A model generated the notes under the pieces. That model saw only the letters and a list, made by a program, of their open reading frames with translations. It searched no databases and was not told the DNA's origin. From IMG/VR virus record IMGVR_UViG_3300027847_001767: a stretch of 64,000 nucleotides of DNA; one strand, 5' to 3'. Each line of letters opens with the position of its first letter. Positions within the stretch are counted from its first letter, which is position 1. A program made the position numbers and the translations under genes. Positions 17,969 through 27,034 of this stretch are shown here, piece after piece. Origin of the DNA: an uncultured virus (IMG/VR IMGVR_UViG_3300027847_001767). Taxonomy: Duplodnaviria > Heunggongvirae > Uroviricota > Caudoviricetes.

Positions 17969-18527
17969 AAGCGTTGGTGACTTTGTTGTTTCTGATAATT
18001 ACACCCCCCAAAACCAAACTACAGTAGTCGGTACGGTAGTTGTTCCCCCAGACGAGTTGTTCTATAATGCCTTCCTTCCAGATAAAGGGACATATAAGTA
18101 TAGATACGAAAGGCAGTTTTCAATGGAATGGTGGACCAGAGTAAATGTAAGTGCTGGAGACAGGGTGTTTTTTCATTATATGGCAGTATTTGGAGATGAT
18201 AAGATAGAATACGAAGATTGTATATTAGTCGATTTTCATTTATTGTATTTTAAAAATCCCGAAGATCCCATAATGTTGAACGGGAATATCTTGGTAGATG
18301 AAATAAAACATGGATATGGGCGTGTAGTTTATGCGGGTGAGCATAATTTGGCTTATCTTGATTTTCCAATTGGAGATGACCCAGCGATTACGAAAGGAAA
18401 AATGGTTTATTACAATATGGGGGCAAAGATTGAAGTAGATATTTTCCAAACAATGAATAAGGATTCGAGTGGTTCGCTTCGAAGACTTCAACGAAAAGAT
18501 ATTTTGGCTTATGGCGATTCCGTATAA
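17901..18527 (+). CDS. tandem two-domain GroES-like protein
   Basis: RNKVLIRP...GTVVVPP...VSAGDRVFF and PIMLNGNILVD...GRVVYAG...RKDILA. Confidence 0.7.
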   Translation: MSMSNFCSVPRNKVLIRPDQKNKSVGDFVVSDNYTPQNQTTVVGTVVVPPDELFYNAFLPDKGTYKYRYERQFSMEWWTRVNVSAGDRVFFHYMAVFGDDKIEYEDCILVDFHLLYFKNPEDPIMLNGNILVDEIKHGYGRVVYAGEHNLAYLDFPIGDDPAITKGKMVYYNMGAKIEVDIFQTMNKDSSGSLRRLQRKDILAYGDSV

Positions 18528-19218
18528 TCCTGAATCTGCAGAATCTATTATTGCTGCAGCGTTTTCTTCATTCTATTTTCCAGACAGAAAGCCTGTAAAG
18601 TCCAACCACCCTGTTAGACTCAATGATTTATGGAATGTGTATGTTAAGTTTTTTAAACTCAACAATACAATGGTTCCTTTCAGTTTAGATAAAAAACACG
18701 AATTGTTTTATTTAGTATCTGAGGGTTTTCCAGATTATAGGAAGGATATTCGAATCCAAGTACAGACAGAGATTGTGGGTAAGTATGCAGAGATAGAATC
18801 GAGTCATGTTCTTTTTAGGGAATTAAAAAATATTTTTTCTGTAGATGTAAATGAGTTAGCTAAAAGTGGAGAAAAAAGACTGACAAAAAAAGCTCCCCTC
18901 AACCACTTACAGGTTTATAGGAACGAAAAAGAAGATTGGGAAGGGAACATAGAAGATTTACTTGAAGTAATAAAATCTAAAAACGCAGCTATTACTACAC
19001 TCACGTATAAGAACAAGACCTTAATTGAGGAAATTAATAGTAAGAATTCGTCTTTAAAACGGGTTGAGAGTTACAGTAAAAAACTCAAAAAACTGGTTTC
19101 TAGAAAAGATTCAGAGATGGATACGATCGATGAGATTGTAACGAATCAAAGCAACGAAATAATTATGCTTAAACTCAGGTTAAAGCAAAAAGAAATAGAG
19201 GTTCTAAATGCTCAATAA
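18511..19218 (+). CDS. coiled-coil protein, paralogue of 19251
   Basis: MAIPYNPESAESII N-terminus with C-terminal heptads; start moved to ATG 18511. Confidence 0.7.
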   Translation: MAIPYNPESAESIIAAAFSSFYFPDRKPVKSNHPVRLNDLWNVYVKFFKLNNTMVPFSLDKKHELFYLVSEGFPDYRKDIRIQVQTEIVGKYAEIESSHVLFRELKNIFSVDVNELAKSGEKRLTKKAPLNHLQVYRNEKEDWEGNIEDLLEVIKSKNAAITTLTYKNKTLIEEINSKNSSLKRVESYSKKLKKLVSRKDSEMDTIDEIVTNQSNEIIMLKLRLKQKEIEVLNAQ

Positions 19219-19250
19219 TAAATTTTTACCTTTACAAAAAAAATTAACCA

Positions 19251-19964
19251 ATGGTTATTAAGTACAATCCCAATTCAGCAACCTCAATAGTTGGTGCTGT
19301 TATCGATGCTATAACTACAACAGAAAAGGTAGAATTTAAAAAAGATGGGTCGAAAGGTAGGGGTTTGTTGGCGTTATTTAAATCAAAAAACAAACAAGCA
19401 ACTGGATCTAGAGAAAACAAATCGGTGTTTGGTCCTTTGTTTATTTTGGGAAGAATACCTAAGATTGTTTTGGCTTTAAGTAAAGAAAAAGGGGCTAAGA
19501 ATTTTATGAGCGACCATAAAGACGATCTTGCTGCAGGGATTGTTAATCAATATGGAGACATAGATAAGAATATGAATTCTTTTCTTCAGTTAAAGAATAT
19601 AGTAGATCATGGCTCTCAACTACCAAACGAAACCTTAGATAATCTAATAGGGATAGGAAGAACAGAAAGGGTAAAGCAAGGTGATGGTCTTGAGGCAGCA
19701 CTTGAAGAAATTAAAGATTTAAGGGTATTATCGGATGGGTTGGTTTCTGAAAGGTTAATTGTTGATAAAAAAGCCGATGATCTTAAAGGTAAAATCAAGG
19801 TACTTAACGAAACAAACCAAAATTTAAAGAAAGAGATTTTAGACAACAAAGAAGCCACAAAGATTGCTGGGCTTACGGTGACAAAATTAAATAAGACGGT
19901 TGCGGCAAAAGATAAGATAATTGAAACATTAGAGAAAAATGTAAAAAAACTTGCAAAGAAGTGA
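19251..19964 (+). CDS. coiled-coil protein, paralogue of 18511
   Basis: MVIKYNPNSATSIV N-terminus with C-terminal heptads. Confidence 0.7.
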   Translation: MVIKYNPNSATSIVGAVIDAITTTEKVEFKKDGSKGRGLLALFKSKNKQATGSRENKSVFGPLFILGRIPKIVLALSKEKGAKNFMSDHKDDLAAGIVNQYGDIDKNMNSFLQLKNIVDHGSQLPNETLDNLIGIGRTERVKQGDGLEAALEEIKDLRVLSDGLVSERLIVDKKADDLKGKIKVLNETNQNLKKEILDNKEATKIAGLTVTKLNKTVAAKDKIIETLEKNVKKLAKK

Positions 19965-20613
19965 TTGCGATGGGATGCAGTTTAACCCATTCGATCTAAA
20001 AAGGAACGAACTTATATGGGATAAATACCCACAACTAACCAAGAGGAGGATTTTATGCCAATGGGAATTACCAGAGGCGAAATATAGACCAGACCCTAGA
20101 TGGTATGATGGATTTAAAGAATTCCATGCAAGCGAAGTCATAAAGTATGTGATTTTGTTTATTGACACAGACAGCCCTTTATATGAAGAGAGAGATTTTG
20201 ATGTAAGGAAAGCGATTGCGCTGGAATTACTTGAATTTACTCAATTAAGTAAGGCAAAAAGAGAAATTGAAGCACAAACAGAATATCTTTCTAGGGTTAT
20301 TTATAATTTCTTTATCCTTGTAAACAACACACCCTATGAAAAGTGGGTGTCGTTGAAGATGAATTTTCATCAAATGACAAGGTTTTTAAGAAAACCTTTA
20401 GATGAGTCTAGTCCCGTAACTGCTTTAAGAGTAAAAAACGAGACAGCGAGAGAAATAGATGTGTTTGAAAAGGGTTTATTGAATGCAGAATATCTTTTAT
20501 TTAAAGATGATCGTTTAAAACGAATGATAAGCGATCAAGCTATAGATCAATCAATTGTTGGCTATCCTGAGAAGTACGCTAAGACATTAAACACAAAAAC
20601 AGGTATCTCATGA
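19951..20613 (+). CDS. hypothetical helical protein (possible terminase small subunit)
   Basis: 220-aa ORF; the function is a guess from size and position. Confidence 0.6.
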   Translation: MQRSDCDGMQFNPFDLKRNELIWDKYPQLTKRRILCQWELPEAKYRPDPRWYDGFKEFHASEVIKYVILFIDTDSPLYEERDFDVRKAIALELLEFTQLSKAKREIEAQTEYLSRVIYNFFILVNNTPYEKWVSLKMNFHQMTRFLRKPLDESSPVTALRVKNETAREIDVFEKGLLNAEYLLFKDDRLKRMISDQAIDQSIVGYPEKYAKTLNTKTGIS

Positions 20614-20867
20614 GAACTGACAATCAAGATTTTCCGCAGTTTATTATTGGCACAGGCACTATTACAACAGGTAAAGCAACAACAGCGGCTACCGCTTTGG
20701 TTGATCGATCTGAAAATGCAACACAAACCGACAAGGCATGGCTTCCAAGTGGTACATCCTTACGGGTTTTGGCTTCTTTTACACATGATGACTATACTCC
20801 TGTAATGGCTACTATAGGTAGCGAGGAATTTAGTGGTTGGGTGTTAACGGCTGATACAGATGTCTAA
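20610..20867 (+). CDS. small protein, possible SH3-like fold
   Basis: LPSGTSLRVLA...V...SGWV. Confidence 0.5.
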   Translation: MRTDNQDFPQFIIGTGTITTGKATTAATALVDRSENATQTDKAWLPSGTSLRVLASFTHDDYTPVMATIGSEEFSGWVLTADTDV

Positions 20868-22647
20868 GTCGCTAGTAGTACTAGGACTTTTTTTTATGCC
20901 ATTTTTGTTAAAAGCTCAATTCTTAGAGTTGGTAACAAAAACAGATGGCGACACTATAATTATAGGGTTGTCTGAGCTAAGGCATGTCTTAGAAGACCCC
21001 TCTGGTAGTGGATCTATTATTATTTATACGTTTCGTCATGAAAGGTATTTCGTTACAAATACTATTCAGGAAATTGCTGACAATTCATGTGGTACTATTT
21101 TTTTGGTAACAGACAGAAATTCAATATATCCAGCCTATAACACAATAGGCATTAATAAAGAATGGGTTGACTTCATTGGGTCTGAACCAGACGGAAGGGC
21201 TTATGTGATGGTTGAAAATTCGAATTATAGATTCGAGTTAACAGAACAGTTCAATGATTTGGACGCAATTTTAGCTTGTACTGGTACAACTACAGCTACC
21301 TGGCAGTTCAAAGTAACGGACGAAACCAATACCAGTACTATTACTTACAATAAGAATGTAACCTTTAGGGCTGGTGATCTATTGAATGTTTCTGTTCAGG
21401 ATACAGGGATTGTCCATTATGTCATAGATGCTTCAACCGCTGACCCTAATGATGTGATAAAATACGTAGGGGGTGAAGTAAAGTGGGATACTGATGGCGG
21501 TGGTCCGTCTACTGATACTTTTCACAATGCATTAACAAGGGTGGATTCTTCTTTGGTCGAGTTTGGTGGGGCCTTAGTTAAGAATACAGTAGTTGACATG
21601 ACCAACTATAACATGACCTGGCAAAATGGCGGTGTCTATACCGTAGAGAGTGGGAACCTAGACAAAATGATCGTAGATGATACAAGCGCAAGATTTGAAG
21701 GCGCTGGGGGTTCTTACATCCAAATAGACAATATTGATTTTAAACTAGACGCATTAGGCGGTCAAACCTATTGGGCGTATGGGGCCGAATCTTTTGAATT
21801 AGGGAGTGTTATACAATTAATTGATGCAGGAACCAACGAAATTAGATATAGTCCGTATGGGTTACCAATAACGGCCCCAGGACCTAGTCAGTTCTTAGCG
21901 AGCGGTCTAGACTCTGTATTATATTGGGCTGACTCTTTGGCTGGTCTTGGTGACGATTGGGGCAACCAAGTTGCTATTACCGACAATATTCATGTGTTTG
22001 GTGATGGAACTGAAGGAAATCCAATACGAGTAGACACCTCTTCTTTCGGTGATAATTGGGGAACCCAAGTAGCAGTAACCGACGGTGTAACGGTTGGGGG
22101 AACAGGTGTGGCAGGAGATCCAATAACCGCAATAATAACAGGCGACGATTGGGGTAATGGTGGTTTTACTTTTATTGGTGATGCTGGATCGGAACAAACG
22201 ATTACTTCTAATGATCAGATATTTTACGATGGCAAGGGGTTGATTTCTACAAGTGCTGTAAATACAGACATTTTAGAAATAATGATAACGCCTGGAGCCA
22301 ATGATACTTATATCAAAACAGAAAACGGAGTGGTCGGTTGGTCTGCAGGGGTAGGCGACGATTGGGGTGCGGGTAGTTTCACTTTAACGGGTGACACAGG
22401 ACCATCTCAAACGGTGGTATCTGGAGAGAGTGTGGATATTAATGGATTGGGAATTATTTCTACTATAGCAAAGGCCTCAGATGGGGTGGATATAAAGATA
22501 GACGGTGGATCTGCAACTCAGATACTTATAACAAATGATGCTGGTGACGCGGTGTGGTACACAATACCTGAATGTGCATCAGGCGCAGTAGGGTATATGT
22601 GCTATGAAATTTGCGAGGGTAAAAAGACCGTAATTATAAAATCATGA
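20860..22647 (+). CDS. signal-peptide-bearing fibre-like protein
   Basis: MSKSLVVLGLFFMPFLLKA-Q; two FlbD/LytTR-like units; four GD(D/N)WG repeats; acidic G/T/D-rich shaft. Confidence 0.7.
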   Translation: MSKSLVVLGLFFMPFLLKAQFLELVTKTDGDTIIIGLSELRHVLEDPSGSGSIIIYTFRHERYFVTNTIQEIADNSCGTIFLVTDRNSIYPAYNTIGINKEWVDFIGSEPDGRAYVMVENSNYRFELTEQFNDLDAILACTGTTTATWQFKVTDETNTSTITYNKNVTFRAGDLLNVSVQDTGIVHYVIDASTADPNDVIKYVGGEVKWDTDGGGPSTDTFHNALTRVDSSLVEFGGALVKNTVVDMTNYNMTWQNGGVYTVESGNLDKMIVDDTSARFEGAGGSYIQIDNIDFKLDALGGQTYWAYGAESFELGSVIQLIDAGTNEIRYSPYGLPITAPGPSQFLASGLDSVLYWADSLAGLGDDWGNQVAITDNIHVFGDGTEGNPIRVDTSSFGDNWGTQVAVTDGVTVGGTGVAGDPITAIITGDDWGNGGFTFIGDAGSEQTITSNDQIFYDGKGLISTSAVNTDILEIMITPGANDTYIKTENGVVGWSAGVGDDWGAGSFTLTGDTGPSQTVVSGESVDINGLGIISTIAKASDGVDIKIDGGSATQILITNDAGDAVWYTIPECASGAVGYMCYEICEGKKTVIIKS

Positions 22648-24530
22648 TGCTTTCAGCCCTTATAAGGGTGAGCACCGCCCAAACGTCATTAATCCTAAAT
22701 GCGAAAAATATATTTTTTGGATTCCCTAACGATGGTGGGGTTTTGCTTGTTATTAAGGGAAGTAAAACAATTCAGGTAACCGAAGAATATAGTTATTTCC
22801 AAACAAGATTAAGTAATAGCTTCGGGTTTTTTACCGAGAATTTCAACGGAACAACCAGGCCTATATTTATCAATTTCATCCACGTAGACTCTATTTATAG
22901 TGGACCCTTTGGCGCTGATATAATTATCAAAGGATATTCTAATCTTTCTTTACAAAACCCATATGCTTCCTTTATTAATCTATGGGACCCAATCGTAGAG
23001 GTAACGGTGGGTGGTGTTAAGTGTGTGAATTTCGATAAAATCTTATATGCCATTAGGGATGGGTCTTTGACTGCTTTAAAAAGAAGAGACAATACAGAGT
23101 ATTGTAGTGAAGATTTGACTTATTTAAACACAAATACTTCATTGATTGCTTTAACCCTGGCAACGGGCGAGGCTATTTCTATAAATGAAGCTCATATAAA
23201 ATCATCGATAGGTACAGAGATTGTAATGTCGAACGACGAAGTATTTACTTTAAACGCTGCTTTTGTTGGATCTACAGACTTTTTAGCTATTACAAGTGAT
23301 GTCGATTATATAAATAAACCCTTAATAACTGTTTGTTTTGCAAACGATACGGCTACAGAGATAGTTTTTAACGATGGTGGGAAGAAAACGCATCTGGCTA
23401 CAGAGAGCTTGGCTGCAATAGAGTCTAGTTTTGGCCGAGGCATTTCTAGGTTGAGTGAGTTGTTTCAGTATAAAAAACCATTAGATGATGTTTATCCAGA
23501 CCAAAGGGATATTTTATTGGCTTGGGATTATATTATCGAAATACACGAAACGAGTTATGGGTGCGAGATAGTGGTTGATAGCCATATAGAAAAGTTTCAT
23601 GTAAATGATACTTTAGATGAGATAGAAATAATGCTTGCTCCAACCTTTGATGCTACTCTTTTGGCTATATACCAACAGGCTTATGTTCGAAGGTTTGTTC
23701 CTGTTGAAGAGTTTAATTTCACAGGGCAGTATTTCGATATATCGGATTTGTATGATGCCTTTAATCAGGATTCAGATGAAGATGATTTTCTTGTTTTTCT
23801 GAATGGTCAGCTACAAAAAAGGTCGGCCTTTACGATTGGAAGCATGAAAATAAATTTCGGATCTGTTATTGGTGCCTATAATGTGCAGGTGGTAAGGCAT
23901 ATGAAGGTGGTTATGCCTTTAAATTGTGGAATTAGCGGTAATGATGCTGCTTTATATACTTGCATCGATGATAATGCCACAGCTACAAAACCTTTAAAAC
24001 AAGCCTTCTTAATGCTTGCTACTGATTCTCAGGCTATAGATTTTGGATTAAAAAACATCCAAACTCCAAATGATGTTCTTCCTTTTTATAATGGTCAGCT
24101 ACAAATTGCGGGATACGAGGCTTCTGTTCCTGCAGGTAATATAAATTTTCTTTTTGCACCAAACAGAGAGGTGATGATTACCAACACGTATTCGGAGTTA
24201 CAAAATCTTTCTTGTGCGTTGGATGGTGACCCAATAACATGTCTTTTAAATGGTTTATATGAGTATAAGCAATTAGTATTTGACGAAATTAACTTTACAG
24301 GGCTAGAAATTGATTTGAGCGGAAGTTGGCCTGCAGGTCATACATTTCCGTCAGATTTAAGCCTAGTTACTCTGTTTTTTGCAGGGCAAGCATCTCATAA
24401 TGGAGGGGAGGCAGAAGACACTTATAGCTTAGACCAACCCAATAAGAAAATTGTATTTGTAAATTTATTGTCAGGATGGGATATACAGATTGTTATTTAT
24501 GGCAAGAAAAATATTGATATAACAGTATAG
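22644..24530 (+). CDS. repeat-containing structural/adaptor protein
   Basis: About six N-terminal FlbD-like units; three C-terminal (V/P/L)FxxGQ units like phage fibre-attachment repeats; no clear signal peptide. Confidence 0.6.
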   Translation: MMLSALIRVSTAQTSLILNAKNIFFGFPNDGGVLLVIKGSKTIQVTEEYSYFQTRLSNSFGFFTENFNGTTRPIFINFIHVDSIYSGPFGADIIIKGYSNLSLQNPYASFINLWDPIVEVTVGGVKCVNFDKILYAIRDGSLTALKRRDNTEYCSEDLTYLNTNTSLIALTLATGEAISINEAHIKSSIGTEIVMSNDEVFTLNAAFVGSTDFLAITSDVDYINKPLITVCFANDTATEIVFNDGGKKTHLATESLAAIESSFGRGISRLSELFQYKKPLDDVYPDQRDILLAWDYIIEIHETSYGCEIVVDSHIEKFHVNDTLDEIEIMLAPTFDATLLAIYQQAYVRRFVPVEEFNFTGQYFDISDLYDAFNQDSDEDDFLVFLNGQLQKRSAFTIGSMKINFGSVIGAYNVQVVRHMKVVMPLNCGISGNDAALYTCIDDNATATKPLKQAFLMLATDSQAIDFGLKNIQTPNDVLPFYNGQLQIAGYEASVPAGNINFLFAPNREVMITNTYSELQNLSCALDGDPITCLLNGLYEYKQLVFDEINFTGLEIDLSGSWPAGHTFPSDLSLVTLFFAGQASHNGGEAEDTYSLDQPNKKIVFVNLLSGWDIQIVIYGKKNIDITV

Positions 24531-24532
24531 TT

Positions 24533-27034
24533 ATGAAGAATCTATTGATATTATTTTTTCTTGCTTTTTGTATAAGTGGTTATTCTCAAGTACAGAGATT
24601 CCATAAAGACCAGATGCCTGTTGGTGTTTTTGATGCAGACTCAACAATTGTAGATCCTATTACTGGGCTTGGTGGTGTAGCTGATGTGCAAACAGCTTTA
24701 GAAACACTCAGGTCACAATTAACGGCTGTTTCTGCTGGAAACGCAGATGGTGTGCTTGAGGGAATTACATACGATACGGCATCAAACAGTTTGGTTTTTG
24801 GAATAGCTTTGCCTGGGCTAGATATTACATATAATCTCGATAGTATTTTTGGTGTGAACGGAGGTGGGGGTTCTATTGATTCGTTTGAGATTGTGGGAGA
24901 TTCGCTGCTGATTAGTTTAGAGGGTGATGATGTTTTGCCCTTGGCAGTATATCTTGGTGGAGGAACAGACAACCAAAACCTTATAAATGGTGGGAAAACA
25001 GGGAACAACCAAACTATAAATATTGAAAGCGGTACAGGATTTATTTTTTCTGTTGCTGATGCTGATTCTTCGATAACAAATGAGATTCAGGCATTGTCGT
25101 TGTCTAATGATTCTTTGTTTTTGGCGAGTGGCGGTTTTGTTTTGCTTGGGCCGTATCTTGATAATACTGACGATCAAACCATTAACTTAATTGAATTAAC
25201 AGGTGCGGATTCTCTTCGTATTAGCTTAGAGGGTGACGGTGAAGTTCCGCAAGCTGTTTATTTGGGCGGATATATTAGTTCGGACAATCAAACAATAGAC
25301 CAGTTTAGCATTAGCGGCGATACACTTTTTGCAAGTCTTGAAAGTGACGCCGAGGCGGCTAAGTTTATAGAGCTTTCGCCATACTTGGATAATACAGACA
25401 CCCAATTAACACAAGAACAAGTCGAGGACTTCTCGGGAACTATGGTAGCCAATGGAACCGGAACACACACTGGAATTACGATAACTTATCAGGACGTAAC
25501 AGGTGACATGGATTTGGATGTAGACCATGACGCAGCTACCAACTTCCTAGCTGACGAGCATATTGGCCATTCTACAATTTCTGTAATCGCTGGTGATGCG
25601 TTGAGTGGTGGCGGTACAATAGATGGAAATGTAACATTGAATTTAGATATAGATGAATTTGTTTTGCAAGCTCCTGATTTAGCCGATCTGCTAGTATATC
25701 AGGATGTGACAGATGATGGGGTGCATCATATGACATTAACCCAGTTACAAACATTGATCGACACGGATACGGATGTTACAACCGTAACAGATCAAGTAAA
25801 TGGGCTGGATATTGCCGAGGCAGCGGATGATATTACAGTGGCTTTAGACTTGGAAGAATTGGGAAGTGAAACGCCTGTATTGGCCGATGAATTTGTATTC
25901 AATGATATGACCGACGGCCTAGAAAAGATCGCAACGTTAACAGCATTACAAACGGCCATAAACACAGATGTAAGCGGTATTGATGATATAGTCGAAGATG
26001 TTACGCCACAGCTAGGGGGTCAGTTAGATGTAAACGGTAATTCTATTGGTGATGGCACATTAGAAATTTTAATTTTTAGCGAAACGGTATCAGCAGTCAA
26101 TGAAATAACCATTACAAATTCAGCAACAGGTGCAGGGCCTACCATAGCAAGTACGGGTGATGATGCTACTATTGAATTGAATATAGGAACTGCTGGTGTT
26201 GCCGATGTTAACGTACTAGATAACCTAGATGTGACCGGAAACATAGTTGTTTCAGGATCAGTAGACGGAATTGCTGATTTAAATACAGATGTCACGGCTA
26301 ACACGGCAAAAGTCACAAACGTAACAACAAACCTTACAATAGGTACGCATAATGCTACTTCAATGGAAATAGCTTCTTCCGATGGCACGAACGCAACTGC
26401 ACCTCTAGCAACAAGTGCAGGGGGTACAAATTTAGCAGGGTTATTAAGTCCTACTCAATTCGATAATGTAGCATTGAATGATGCCAAAGTTACAAACGCA
26501 AATCATACGGGTGATGCAACCGGAGCAACTGCACTCACTATCGCTACAGACGCAGTGACTTATGCTAAAATGCAAAACGTAGTCGCAGACGAAAGACTTC
26601 TAGGTAACATAGATGGCGTAGGTGGTATCGTGGCAGAATTAACACCAGAACAGGTGCGCGTAATGCTAGGATTAGATGAGAAAGATTTAGGAATTATGGG
26701 GTGGGGAGATGCAACTGTGGTAGCCGTTGAAAACAGCCCAGTTGTGTATAAAGCTGGCCCGGAATATGACAATGTAACTATTCGGGAATTGTCGTGGTCT
26801 ACAAATTCGTTTGGAACAAGCGTTGATATACAGATTTTACTCAACGGTGTTGTCCTTACAAATTTTGAAGCTGGAGCAGATGATACGTATCAAATTATCA
26901 CAGCAAATTCAAGTTTCAATATGGTTGACCTTGCACTTGCTGATGGTGATCGCTTGCAGTTCAAATGTACAGCATTTGTTGGTGATACAACGGGATTAAC
27001 TTTTACACTAGAAGGAGATTACGACAGTCCATAA
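24533..27034 (+). CDS. signal-peptide-bearing long fibre protein
   Basis: MKNLLILFFLAFCISGYS-Q; SLEGD/DNTD repeats; phage-fibre motifs EDVTPQLGGQLDVNG, NANHTGDATG, DAVTYAKMQNV. Confidence 0.75.
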   Translation: MKNLLILFFLAFCISGYSQVQRFHKDQMPVGVFDADSTIVDPITGLGGVADVQTALETLRSQLTAVSAGNADGVLEGITYDTASNSLVFGIALPGLDITYNLDSIFGVNGGGGSIDSFEIVGDSLLISLEGDDVLPLAVYLGGGTDNQNLINGGKTGNNQTINIESGTGFIFSVADADSSITNEIQALSLSNDSLFLASGGFVLLGPYLDNTDDQTINLIELTGADSLRISLEGDGEVPQAVYLGGYISSDNQTIDQFSISGDTLFASLESDAEAAKFIELSPYLDNTDTQLTQEQVEDFSGTMVANGTGTHTGITITYQDVTGDMDLDVDHDAATNFLADEHIGHSTISVIAGDALSGGGTIDGNVTLNLDIDEFVLQAPDLADLLVYQDVTDDGVHHMTLTQLQTLIDTDTDVTTVTDQVNGLDIAEAADDITVALDLEELGSETPVLADEFVFNDMTDGLEKIATLTALQTAINTDVSGIDDIVEDVTPQLGGQLDVNGNSIGDGTLEILIFSETVSAVNEITITNSATGAGPTIASTGDDATIELNIGTAGVADVNVLDNLDVTGNIVVSGSVDGIADLNTDVTANTAKVTNVTTNLTIGTHNATSMEIASSDGTNATAPLATSAGGTNLAGLLSPTQFDNVALNDAKVTNANHTGDATGATALTIATDAVTYAKMQNVVADERLLGNIDGVGGIVAELTPEQVRVMLGLDEKDLGIMGWGDATVVAVENSPVVYKAGPEYDNVTIRELSWSTNSFGTSVDIQILLNGVVLTNFEAGADDTYQIITANSSFNMVDLALADGDRLQFKCTAFVGDTTGLTFTLEGDYDSP

